A stretch of DNA of 64,000 nt, from contig OZ024761.1 in assembly GCA_964016885.1 (NCBI GenBank), positions 5,952,001 through 6,016,000 of the forward strand. Direction: 5' to 3'. Positions within the stretch are counted from its first letter, which is position 1, and the number at the start of each line of letters is the position of its first letter. This stretch comes from Eledone cirrhosa (taxonomy: Eukaryota). Positions 32,285 to 44,715 of this stretch are shown here, in pieces. Below the pieces are notes generated by a model. That model did not search any database. It saw nothing but the letters and a program-made list of their open reading frames with translations, and was not told where the DNA came from. A program made the position numbers and the translations under genes.

Positions 32285-32676
32285 AGAGTTACATGCCTTC
32301 TATATGTCTCTATTACACACACACACACACACACGTGTACGTTTATGTACAATAAACGTACACAATTTTCGCTGTGTTAGTGTTACTGCCAATGTGTGTG
32401 TGAGCGCGCGCGCGTGTGTGTGTGTATGTCTGTGCGTGTGTGAGTGAGAGAATGTGTGTGTATGTCAGTGTGTGTGCGTGTGTGTGAGAGTGTCTGTGTG
32501 CGTGTCAGAGCGTGTGTGTGTGTGTGAGTGTGTGTCTGTCAGTGTGTGTGTCAGTGTCTGTATGTGTGTCAGAGTGTGTGAGTGAGAGAGAGAGCGCGTG
32601 TGTGTCAGTGTGTGTCTATGTGTGTGAAAGAGAGAGTGTGTGTGTGTCAGTGTGTGTGAGAGAGAGAGAGAGAGAG

Positions 32677-32711
<35 letters not shown>

Positions 32712-32719
32712 CACTGTGT

Positions 32720-32752
<33 letters not shown>
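31800..32752. repeat. (CA)n then (TG)n/(GA)n microsatellites
   Basis: Direct reading. Confidence 0.9.
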
Positions 32753-32960
32753 ATCTCGTGTGACTAATAGTTGTAGATATTAGTCCTCGAGAAGAAATGT
32801 GGTGAAAAGGTCATTAAAAATGACGGTGAGAAGCTACCATATAACGAAGATGACTAGGAGGTCAAGTTTAAACCACTTTAATGTCGGACATATGGAATTG
32901 AAGGTCACAACTCAATGTCACGTACGATATACTGCATAGTGAAGGTCCCTCGCTTACGGC

Positions 32961-33102
32961 CAGTGCCGGATTTAGGTTAAATAAGGCCCCGTACTTGGGC
33001 CCTGAAGGAGGCTAAACATTTTTGGGGCAGAAAGATGGGTTGTTCTGGCTGATGGGGCCCTGCGCTCAAGCACACCTAATCACAATGGCGAATCCGGCCC
33101 TG
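32961..33102. mobile_element. Short MITE, hAT-like TIRs
   Basis: CAGTGCCGGATT ... AATCCGGCCCTG (11/12 inverted match); degenerate 8-bp flanks CTTACGGC/GTTAGGAC. Confidence 0.6.
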
Positions 33103-33325
33103 GTTAGGACGTCAATTTCTCTCACGATGATACAGTCGTGTTCGATACTTGAACCAGGCAATGTATTGTATTCTTAAGACTCTGCCTTTCACGTTGCTTT
33201 CTATGATGTAAGAGAGGTCCATGTTATTAAATCTACTGAGAACCACATCAGAGGCCAGCTAACCCCCCCCCCCCCCCCCCCCCAGGTCTGATCTGTAACA
33301 ATATGATATTTGTTGGAGCCTTATC

Positions 33326-33883
33326 ATTAAAACACCCGAGAAATCTCATTGGGGATAAAACCACGGAGGAAAGCAGCTAAACCACTATAGGAATAAGCTG
33401 TAACAATAACATGATAGAACTGGGACCCCTCTAATTAAAACACCCGAGAAACCTCCCAGGAGATAGGACCACGGAGGAGACCAGCTAAATCTGTATAGAT
33501 TTGAGCTGTAATAACATCATAGAACTGGGACGCCTTTAATTAAAACACCCGAGAAACCTCGTAGGAGATAGAACCACGGAGGAGACCAGCTAAATCTGTA
33601 TAGATTTGAGCTGTAATAACATCATAGAACTGGGACCCCTCTAATTAAAACACCCGAGAAACCTCGTAGGAGATAGAACCACGGATGAGACCAGCTAAAT
33701 CTGTATAGATTTGAGCTGTAATAATAACATGATAGAACTGGGATCCCTCTAATTAAAACACCCAAGAAATCTCCTATGAGGTAAAACCACGGAGGTCACT
33801 AAACCAGTAAAGCTTCGAGCTGTAACAATAACATGATAGAGAGTCCCCTCTAATTAAATCACCCGAGATAGAACCACGGAGGT
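33326..33883. repeat. About 105-bp tandem repeat, about 5 copies
   Basis: Unit starts near 33326, 33433, 33538, 33643, 33751 and 33852. Confidence 0.93.
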
Positions 33884-33898
33884 CTAAGGCCTCCTTCG

Positions 33899-35172
33899 GT
33901 CAGCTCAGCTGGAGCAGTGTCTCCAGTGGCTAAACAGACCTATACGTGACTGACAGTGTCAGCTCAGCTGGAGCAGTATCTCCAGTAGCTAAACAGACCT
34001 ATACGTGACTGACAGTGTCAGCTCAGCTGGAGCAGTATCTCCAGTAGCAAAACAGACCTATACGTGACTGACAGTGTCAGCTCAGCTGGAGCAGTATCTC
34101 CAGTAGCAAAACAGACCTATACGTGACTGACAGTGTCAGCTCAGCTGGAGCAGTATCTCCAGTAGCAAAACAGACCTATACGTGACTGACAGTGTCAGCT
34201 CAGCTGGAGCAGTATCTCCAGTAGCAAAACAGACCTATACGTGACTGACAGTGTCAGCTCAGCTGGAGCAGTATCTCCAGTAGCAAAACAGACCTATACG
34301 TGACTGACAGTGTCAGCTCAGCTGGAGCAGTATCTCCAGTAGCAAAACAGACCTATACGTGAATGACAGTGTCAGCTCAGCTGGAGCAGTATCTCCAGTA
34401 GCAAAACAGACCTATACGTGACTGTCAGCTCAGCTGGAGCAGTATCTCCAGTGGCTAAACAGACCTATACGTGACTGTCAGCTCAGCTGGAGCAGTATCT
34501 CCAGTGGCTAAACAGACCTATACGTGACTGACAGTGTCAGCTCAGCTGGAGCAGTATCTCCAGTAGCTAAACAGACCTATACGTGACTGACAGTGTCAGC
34601 TCAGCTGGAGCAGTATCTCCAGTAGCAAAACAGACCTATACGTGACTGTCAGCTCAGCTGGAGCAGTATCTCCAGTGGCTAAACAGACCTATACGTGACT
34701 GACAGTGTCAGCTCAGCTGGAGCAGTATCTCCAGTAGCAAAACAGACCTATACGTGACTGACAGTGTCAGCTCAGCTGGAGCAGTATCTCCAGTAGCTAA
34801 ACAGACCTATACGTGACTGACAGTGTCAGCTCAGCTGGAGCAGTATCTCCAGTGGCTAAACAGACCTATACGTGAATGACAGTGTCAGCTCAGCTGGAGC
34901 AGTATCTCCAGTAGCTAAACAGACCTATACGTGACTGTCAGCTCAGCTGGAGCAGTATCTCCAGTGGCTAAACAGACCTATACGTGACTGACAGTGTCAG
35001 CTCAGCTGGAGCAGTATCTCCAGTAGCTAAACAGACCTATACGTGACTGACAGTGTCAGCTCAGCTGGAGCAGTATCTCCAGTAGCTAAACAGACCTATA
35101 CGTGACTGACAGTGTCAGCTCAGCTGGAGCAGTATCTCCAGTAGCAAAACAGACCTATACGTGAGTGACAGT
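33899..35172. repeat. 59-bp minisatellite, 22 copies (four are 53 bp)
   Basis: Unit GTCAGCTCAGCTGGAGCAGTATCTCCAGTAGCAAAACAGACCTATACGTGACTGACAGT. Confidence 0.97.
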
Positions 35173-35392
35173 CTCTGTCACATAGAACAAATCTGTATAT
35201 GGTCTCTAGTCTGCTTCTCCTGTCCACTGCTGCAGCCATCAACCTCTTCTCTCCACTAAACTTCTACAACTTTGAGCAGATAATTACATTTTCTTTTCTT
35301 TTCTCTCTCATGTCATATTCATGCAAGTCAATGTGGTTTTACGTGGTATTTCTAGCGTGGTTGTTGCTGTTTATATCTCAAGCTAAGTAGTG

Positions 35393-35766
35393 TACACCTA
35401 GCTCCCTCTAGTTGAGTAGTGCCAGTACACCTAGCTCCCTCTTGTCAGTAGTGTAAGGACACCTGGCTCCCTCTAGTTGAGTAGTGTCAGTACACCTAGC
35501 TCCCTCTTGTCAGTAGTGTAAGGACACCTGGCTCCCTCTAGTTGAGTAGTGCCAGTACACCTAGCTCCCTCTAGGTCAGTAGTGTCAGTACACCTGGCTC
35601 CCTCTAGGTCAGTAGTGTCTACACCTAGCTCCCTCTAGGTCAGTAGTGTCAGTACACCTAGCTCCCTCTAGGTCAGTAGTGTCAGTACACCTAGCTCCCT
35701 CTTGTCAGTAGTGTCAGTACACCTAGCTCCCTCTAGGTCAGTAGTGTCAGGACACCTGGCTCCCTC
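35393..35766. repeat. 32-33-bp minisatellite, about 11 copies
   Basis: Unit TACACCTAGCTCCCTCTAGGTCAGTAGTGTCAG. Confidence 0.95.
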
Positions 35767-35929
35767 TGACCATTGTAAGAGTTAACAGCCTTGATCCAGT
35801 TTCTGACCTCTCGCAGTGGTCACGTGACAAACCATTCGTCAGCTGCAGGAAAGTTATTTCCTCTTCTCTACCATCCTACCTACCGCACCCACATCATTAT
35901 TACTATCCCCATTAAAATCCTCCTCCTCA

Positions 35930-37475
35930 TCCTCATCATCATCATCATCACCATCATAATTACCACCATCATCTCCATCACAACCACCACCTCCATTATC
36001 AACACCACCATCATCATCATCATCAACATCACCACCACCACCACCAGCACCACAATCACTACCACCACCACCACCACCACCACCATCTACACCACCGCCA
36101 CCACCACCACCACCACCACCATCTACACCACCGCCACCGCCACCACCACCACCATCTACACCACCACCATCTACACAACTGCCACCACCACCATCTACAC
36201 CACCACCACCACCGTCTACACCACCGCCACCACCACCACCACAACTGCTACCACCACCATCTACACAACTGCCACCACCACCACCATCTACACCACCACC
36301 ACCACCACCATCTACACCACTATCACCATCTACACCACCACCACCACACCACCACCATCTACACCACCACCACCATCTACACCACCACCATCTACACAAC
36401 TCACCACCACCATCATCTACACCACCACCACCATCTACACCACTACCACCATCGACACCACCACCATCTACACCATCTACACCACCACCACCATCTACAC
36501 CACCGCCATCACCATCTACACCACCATCTACACTACCACCACCACCGCCACTACCACCACCACCATCTACACCACCACCACCACCACCATCTACATCACC
36601 ACCACCACCGCCACTACCACCACCATCTACACCACCACCACCACCATCTACACCACCACCACCACCACCATGTACACCACCACCACTACCACCACCACCA
36701 CCATGTACACCACCATCTACACCACCACCATCACCACCACCACCACCATCACCACCACCACCACCACCACCACCACCACCACCACCACCACCACCACCAC
36801 CACAACCACCATCTACACCACCACCACCACCACCATGTACACACCACCACTACCACCACCACCACTACCACCACCACCACCACCACCATGTACACCACCA
36901 CCACCATCTACACCACCACCACCACCATCTACACCACCACCACCACCACCATCTACACCACCACCACCACCACCACCATATACACGACGACCACCACCAC
37001 CACCACCATCACCACAACTACCACCACCACCACCATCTACACCACCACCACCACCACCATCACCACCACTACCACCACCACCACCATCTACACCACCATC
37101 TACACCACCGCCACCACCACCACCATCACCACCACCATCACCACCACCACCACCACCACCATGTACACCACCACCACTACCACCACCACCACCACTACCA
37201 CCACCATCTACACCACCACCATCTACACCACCACCACCACCACCACCACCACCACCACCACCACCACCACCACCACCATCTACACCACCACCATCTACAC
37301 CACCACCACCACCACCACCACCACCACCACCACCACCACCACCATGTACACCACCACCACTACCACCACCACCACCACTACCACCACCATCTACACCACC
37401 ACCATCTACACCACCACCACCACCACCACCACCACCACCACCACCACCACCACCATCTACACCACCACCACCACC
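35930..37475. repeat. (ACC)n repeat with ATCTAC interruptions
   Basis: Direct reading; source of the poly-Thr/Pro ORFs. Confidence 0.93.
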
Positions 37476-37841
37476 CAAACATTCTTTGTACTTCATCAAA
37501 AGACAGCGCCGTTATTTACAACAACAACAATAACACTAATTATTGTTGTTATCATTATTATAGTTATTGTTATTATTATTAATATTATTCTTATTACTCA
37601 TTGTCAAAGCTGGTGACATGCACCGATAACTATAAGTGCAACACTTAACTGCACCTTGTTTCCCACCCTAACGTAAATACATACATACACACACACACGT
37701 TCACATACAGTCTCATACACACAGACACATTCACATATTTACACACATACAATCTCACGCACACCACGTGAAAGCTCGTATACACATACATACACACTTA
37801 TAGACACACACACATACATTCTTTCGCCCACACACACTCAC

Positions 37842-37930
<89 letters not shown>

Positions 37931-37966
37931 TACAGTCTCTCTCTCTCTCTTTCTCTCTCTCTCACA

Positions 37967-38028
<62 letters not shown>

Positions 38029-38121
38029 GTCTCTCTCTCTCTCTTTCACACACACAGTCTCTCTCTCTCTTTCTCTCTCACACACACACAGTTTCTCTCT
38101 CTCTCTCTCTCACACACACAG

Positions 38122-38154
<33 letters not shown>

Positions 38155-40179
38155 GTCTCTCTCTCTCACACACACACACTTCTGACCTCGAAACAAAATG
38201 AAAAAAACAACAACCAAACAAACCAGAAAACCTAAAAGTATAAACTATACCAAAGGAAGGAATAAAATGAAATGTTTTGCGGTATGGCTGCTGAGAGATG
38301 AACGTCTGAACTTAATGAGTTTGAGTAGGAAAAGGAATTTAATTATAAACTAATTGTTGAGATTTTTATGTAAATAACTACAGTTAATTTATATACACAA
38401 CGACAGGCGTCTCGTTCGACTATCGGTACTTTTTTTATCTTCGTTTGTTCCTTTATATATATATTTATATAGATATAACTTTAGTATAAAAATAACAGAA
38501 TTTAATTATAACTGCAACATATCACAAATAGAGAAGAAACAGGCCACCAAACAATATATATATATATATATATATCACGATAAATTAATGGAGCCATAGA
38601 GCCTCGCCATTCCCTATAAATAATGTGCTCAAAGGAGAAGAAATCCTGAGCTCTTTAAAATACAATATGTTGAAAAGGTAACACACCAGAGAGAGATACA
38701 CAGTGCGCTATCAATAAAACAGGGAAAAAGCCACCAGTGTATGGAATCTATAACCTATGAAAGGCAGACTATAGACACGATAATTAAAAATATAAATTAA
38801 AGCGTAAATAAATACCTCTATAACTATATAACACACGTACAAATCCAAAGAGATCTGTTTCGCCAGAAAGTTGTTGACAGAAATGGAATAACCTCGGTTC
38901 CTCAGCGTGTGTAAGGCTATACATTTCAGACAACACTAAGAGAATTTAAAAAAGTGACTGTCCAGCTACACGTGGGAGAGAGAAGTCACAGCGTGTTTAA
39001 GGGCAGTGAACCAGTGGCCTATGGGGGACGAGCTGCTAGAAAGGGCAGCCCAAAACCACTCAGAGAAGTGTGCTCACTAAGAGTGAGAAATTAAAATTTC
39101 GTTTCATTTTTTCCATTATATGCAGAGTTATAGTGAAAAAAGTGAAGGAAGAAAGTGCGAAGAAATAAGCTTATCCGAGGATGAATACGTATATCGTAAA
39201 TACAACATGCTATATTTATATTAAAAATAAAGATATGTTAGAAAATAAAGATATATTAAAATATATTAATAAGAATATATGAGTATAGATGGGTATGTCA
39301 TGTTATAGATGATAAATTATCTAAATGTATAATGTTTTACATTGGAAAAATATTGAAAATCCAGTTTTGATTATATATTAGTTATTATGAGACAAGTTTG
39401 ACAAAAATATTTTTAAAATATATATTTAGCCAGAGATTGTTATTGGTTGTAAGTCAAATCTTAAATACTTAGAAAAATTACAAAGATTACGAAAAATTAC
39501 GAAAGTTTACAAAAGATTAAATGATTAATTAAAAGTATATACTAAAACCATTTAAAAATTCAGACTATAAAAATTAAGACTATAAAGCTATAAAAAAACT
39601 ATAAAAAGTTTTAAGAGATTTTTTTAAAATCTCAAAAAGACTCCGAAGATACACAAAAATCATTTTAAATGTTTAAAAACATTTTAAAATTATTCGTAAA
39701 TTGTAATTAAAACCTAAAATTATTCAAAAATATAAAGAAGCATTAAGAAATATTTGAAAATACTTAAATATTTAAAATATTAAAATATTTAAAATATTTA
39801 AAATGTTTAAAATATTGGAAAATATAAAATTCAAAAAATATAAAAATATTAGTTGACCCAAAAAGAATAATGTTTTATAATTTTTAAAATATAAAAAAAA
39901 TTGTTTAAAGTTTTAAGTAATCATTCCAAAAAGATTGAGATATTTTGGAAGATAAATAAAGGTAAAAATAAAGATATTTATGAAGTAAAAATATTAGAAA
40001 GTAAAGGTTTTAAGAAGTAAATTAGAGATTTGAGAAGTAAATTATATATATTTACGGAGTAAAAGATATTAAAATTAGAATTACATTAAATTTTTGAACG
40101 TGTATGGATATCATTTAAGAGATGAGATTATAGGTGTTTGGATAGAGTAAACATTATGTAAGGAAGATTAAACGTGTAA

Positions 40180-41518
40180 TTACATTTTATATATATATAT
40201 AAAAGTTGAATTAAAACGATGTTTACAAGAACTAAATAAATTATTACGCAAATTAATGGAGTTCTTACATTTAAGTATAAAGAAAATTTCTTCAACACAT
40301 AAATTGCAAAATTTGGAGAAAGCTGTGTTACGGTAAGCAGGTGCTTTTGAAATAATATTCCAAGATAAAGAATAGTTTATATTTTTGTATTTTAAGTTCC
40401 ATAAGTTGGATAGAGAATGTTGAAGATTTTTACCAATATTATTAAACGAACATTTATGGTTATTGAAACGAGATTTGAAGTCTGTAGAAGTAGAGACAAC
40501 ATAGTTAAAAGAATTATCATTGGTTTTGACATTGCATTTATAGATCACATTTTTAACTAAACAGTTATTTTTTAAAGGACAGTTAGATTTAATTCTACAA
40601 TTACATTTATCAGAATTTATATTATTGGGAACAGTATTATTATATTGGATATTGCTAGAGGTATTAGTGCTATTCTGGTTAAGGTTTAGATTTCTGTTAT
40701 AGATTCTATTTATATTCTGTGCTAAGTTCATAGTAGTAGAGTATGATAGTTTAATTGTATGTCTGTTAAAGATTGAATAATATCTATGTGCCTTAGGGAA
40801 ACATTTATAAAGAGCTTTAAAAAATAGTTTAGCTAAAGGTGTTTTAATAATTAGTGAGAATGGAGGAGCGTACCAAATTATGTTTCTAGTTCTATTTCTT
40901 CTTTTAGTTTTAGAGTTTGTGCTAGGTTTCTTATTATAATTATAATTAATATTATATTTAATATCATGGTTAATCATTATTGTCGATGTATTTAATTTCA
41001 TTATTATAGCCTGCTCTACTTAAAGCTTCGTTATAATATTGTGCCTTATCTTCAAATATATTTTTATTCGCTGAGATTCTAGAAATACGTTGCTGTACGG
41101 AATTTACGATAGTGTTCTTAACAGATTTAGGATGATTAGAGTTAAAGTTAACATCATTTAAATTCTGATTGATTTTATGAAATGGATAGTATAGCCCAGT
41201 ATTAAGGTTTAATGTTACATCTAAAAAGTTAACTATTTTATAATTATTCTCTATTTCTAACTTAAGATTAAAGCTATTAAAAAATTGTATTATTGATTTT
41301 CTTTTTCTATTGATTTCACAATTATTATTATTCTCAATTAACAACAGCATATCATCATTTGATAAACCACCAGTCATATCCGGTAGTTTTCTATGTAATG
41401 TATTATTAATAAAAAGCCCCACAAGATCCATTAACGGCGCCGAGTCCGATGACCCCATAGTGATATCGAAATTGTTATCCCTATCTGCTCTGGTCCAAAG
41501 ATGGTTGTTAAAAGAAAA
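40180..41518 (-). pseudogene. Penelope-like element, RT C-terminal half + GIY-YIG endonuclease (Nematis-like architecture), frameshifted and 5'-truncated
   Basis: W..FDITMGSSDSA..LVG, GLSNDD (YRDD degraded), VNFLDVTLNL, SNHP, IWYAPPFS, IFNRHTIKLSYS, CNCR..CPL..C..VIY..YVV..FKSRFNNH, CNLC; frameshift near 40970-41001. Confidence 0.93.
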
Positions 41519-41632
41519 AGAAAATCAATAATACAATTTTTTAATAGCTTTAATCTTAAGTTAGAAATAGAGAATAATTATAAAATAGGTTGTTTTTCTA
41601 CGGGTATGTCAACATTTATGAAACAAATTTTG

Positions 41633-41697
41633 TATTTTATCTGATGAAAGCGCACCAAAACTGCCTTGGTTGCCGTTGAAATATATATAATAAAATA
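41633..41697 (+). ncRNA. Hammerhead ribozyme family F variant next to the Penelope-like ORF
   Basis: TATTTTAT-CTGATGA-..ACCAA..TTGGT..-GAAA-TATATA-TA-ATAAAATA. Confidence 0.85.
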
Positions 41698-41907
41698 ATT
41701 ATGGTTTTATAAATATAGTTTCCATTTATTAATATATTGAATATTTACTCCAGTAACTTGTTGAGTGCTTTATATCAGTTATAAAACTTTTAAGCTTGTT
41801 GAATCCCAACAAATTAAATATAACTTATGCATATATATATAGAGATATGTAAGTATATATGTTTGTATGTGTGTGTGTATATGTATATATATACTATATA
41901 TATATAT

Positions 41908-42045
41908 AAATATTTATTAAAATAACAGATTAAAGTTTAAGCAAAGAATGGCTGCTTTCACCCTTAACGGGATCTTCAGAAGATCCCGTTAAGGGTGAAA
42001 GCAGCGATTCTTTGCTTAAACTTGAATCTGTTTTAATAAATATTT
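41908..42045. repeat. Family B palindrome centred at 41978
   Basis: GGGATCTTC-A-GAAGATCCC centre, arms about 70 bp. Confidence 0.9.
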
Positions 42046-42124
42046 GCTCTACGGTTCTTATATATTTGATATATATTTATCCTTATCGAGCACTCTTTGG
42101 ATTTTAGTCTTCAAATTTATTATT

Positions 42125-42167
<43 letters not shown>

Positions 42168-42172
<5 letters not shown>

Positions 42173-42384
42173 CAATGGAAAAACAATACTTGTCATTGTT
42201 TTAATTAATTTATATATATATATTTATATAGATATATATATTGATATATATGCATGTTTGAATGTATATATATATATACATATATATATATACATTCAAA
42301 CATACATATATATCAATATATATATCTATATAAATATATATATATAAATTAATTAAAACAATGACAAGTATTGTTTTTCCATTG

Positions 42385-42390
<6 letters not shown>
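42168..42390. repeat. About 110-bp-arm inverted repeat between (TA)n tracts
   Basis: ATTACAATGGAAAAACAATAC.. / ..GTATTGTTTTTCCATTGTAAT. Confidence 0.9.
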
Positions 42391-42419
<29 letters not shown>

Positions 42420-42510
42420 ATCAAAAGATGGTTAAAAGAGTTCCATGTATTTTATTATGCGCATTTCAAAAACAGTTGAAAATTGCAAACTTGACTGTCA
42501 CCACATATTA

Positions 42511-42549
42511 TGAACCTGAAGATTGCGAAAGCATGAAAGTACTTGTTCA
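42511..42549 (+). ncRNA. Minimal hammerhead ribozyme family I
   Basis: TGAAC-CTGAAGA-T-TGC GAAA GCA-T-GAAA-GTAC-TT-GTTCA; palindromic AGTACT stem III. Confidence 0.85.
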
Positions 42550-42661
42550 ATTAACACTTAGAATTTAATATTCTATCATACTATTTCATTATAATACCAT
42601 TATAAATTTTAAAGGATTGTAAATAAAACGAGTAAATCAGACAAAATCGGAATTCCGCTTA

Positions 42662-42779
<118 letters not shown>

Positions 42780-43005
42780 TATGTATGTATCTATATATAT
42801 ATGTTTGTATGTATGTATCTATATATATATGTTTGTATGTGTATATATCTATATCTATATATATATATGTTTGTATATATATATATATATGTTTGTATAT
42901 ATATATATATATATGTTTGTATGTATATATCTATATATATATATGTTTGTATGTATATATATATATATATGTTTGTATGTATATATATATATATATGTAT
43001 ATATG

Positions 43006-43041
<36 letters not shown>

Positions 43042-43053
43042 TATGTTTGTATG

Positions 43054-43089
<36 letters not shown>

Positions 43090-43303
43090 TATGTTTGTAT
43101 GTATATATATATATATATATGTTTGTATGTATATATATATATATGTTTGTATGTATATATATATATATGTTTGTATATATATATATATATATAATCGGAT
43201 ACGTTTAACCGTTGAAGAATCAGTTCAAAATAAACGATTAATCGTTTTGTGAATAAAATAATAAAACGCATCAAAATTGAACTAAAAGAATAAATATCGG
43301 ATG

Positions 43304-44644
43304 TGACAGTAAGAAGGGGAGTTAATTCCTTTTGACAGTAAAGACTGTGTCAGAGATATAGGTGGTGTTGCTGTGACTTATGGTGGTGGTGGGGATATAA
43401 GGTTGACATTGACAGTAAGAAGGGTAGTTAATTCCTTTTGACAGTAAAGACTGTGTCAGAGATATAGGTGGTGTTGCTGTGACTTATGGTGGTGGTGGGG
43501 ATATAAGGTTGACATTGTCAGTAAGAAGGTGAGTTAATTCCTTTTGACAGTAAAGACTGTGTCAGAGATATAGGTGGTGTTGCTGTGACTTATGGTGGTG
43601 GTGGGGATATAAGGTTGACATTGACAGTAAGAAGGGGAGTTAATTCCTTTCGACAGTAAAGACTGTGTCAGAGATATAGGTGGTGTTACTGTGACTTATG
43701 GTGGTGGTGGGGATATAAGGTTGACATTGACAGTAAGAAGGGGAGTTAATTCCTTTTGACAGTAAAGACTGTGTCAGAGATATAGGTGGTGTTGCTGTGA
43801 CTTATGGTGGTGGTGGGGATATAAGGTTGACATTGACAGTAAGAAGGGGAGTTAATTCCTTTTGACAGTAAAGACTGTGTCAGAGATATAGGTGGTGTTA
43901 CTGTGACTTATGGTGGTGGTGGGGATATAAGGTTGACATTGACAGTAAGAAGGGGAGTTAATTCCTTTTGACAGTAAAGACCGTGTCAGAGATATAGGTG
44001 GTGTTGCTGTGACTTATGGTGGTGGTGGGGATATAAGGTTGACATTGACAGTAAGAAGGGTAGTTAATTCCTTTTGACAGTAAAGACCGTGTCAGAGATA
44101 TAGGTGGTGTTGCTGTGACTTATGGTGGTGGTGGGGATATAAGGTTGACATTGACAGTAAGAAGGGGAGTTAATTCCTTTTGACAGTAAAGACTGTGTCA
44201 GAGATATAGGTGGTGTTACTGTGACTTATGGTGGTGGTGGGGATATAAGGTTGACATTGACAGTAAGAAGGGGAGTTAATTCCTTTTGACAGTAAAGACT
44301 GTGTCAGAGATATAGGTGGTGTTGCTGTGACTTATGGTGGTGGTGGGGATATAAGGTTGACATTGACAGTAAGAAGGGTAGTTAATTCCTTTTGACAGTA
44401 AAGACTGTGTCAGAGATATAGGTGGTGTTGCTGTGACTTATGGTGGTGGTGGGGATATAAGGTTGACATTGACAGTAAGAAGGGTAGTTAATTCCTTTTG
44501 ACAGTAAAGACTGTGTCAGAGATATAGGTGGTGTTGCTGTGACTTATGGTGGTGGTGGGGATATAAGGTTGACATTGACATAAAGAAGGGGAGTTAATTT
44601 TGACAGTATAGACTGTCAGAGACATAGGTGGTGTTGCTGTGACA
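43304..44644. repeat. 106-bp tandem repeat, about 12.6 copies
   Basis: Unit starts at 43304, 43410, 43516 and onward; highly homogeneous. Confidence 0.97.
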
Positions 44645-44715
44645 TACGGTAATGACTGGAGATATTCGTAAGGCAAAGAATACGATACTTCACATTAGAG
44701 TACCGTAGAGTAGGC

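Noticed and set aside
33899-35172. CRISPR-like appearance of a palindromic repeat array (also 43304-44644 and 9806-14980)
   Set aside because: Units are head-to-tail with no unique spacers, there are no cas genes, and the context is eukaryotic
35791-37616. Mucin/extensin-like Thr/Pro ORFs (also 18535-19623 and 61714-63694)
   Set aside because: Single-codon (ACC)n repeats open in several frames and on both strands, with no domain or splice support
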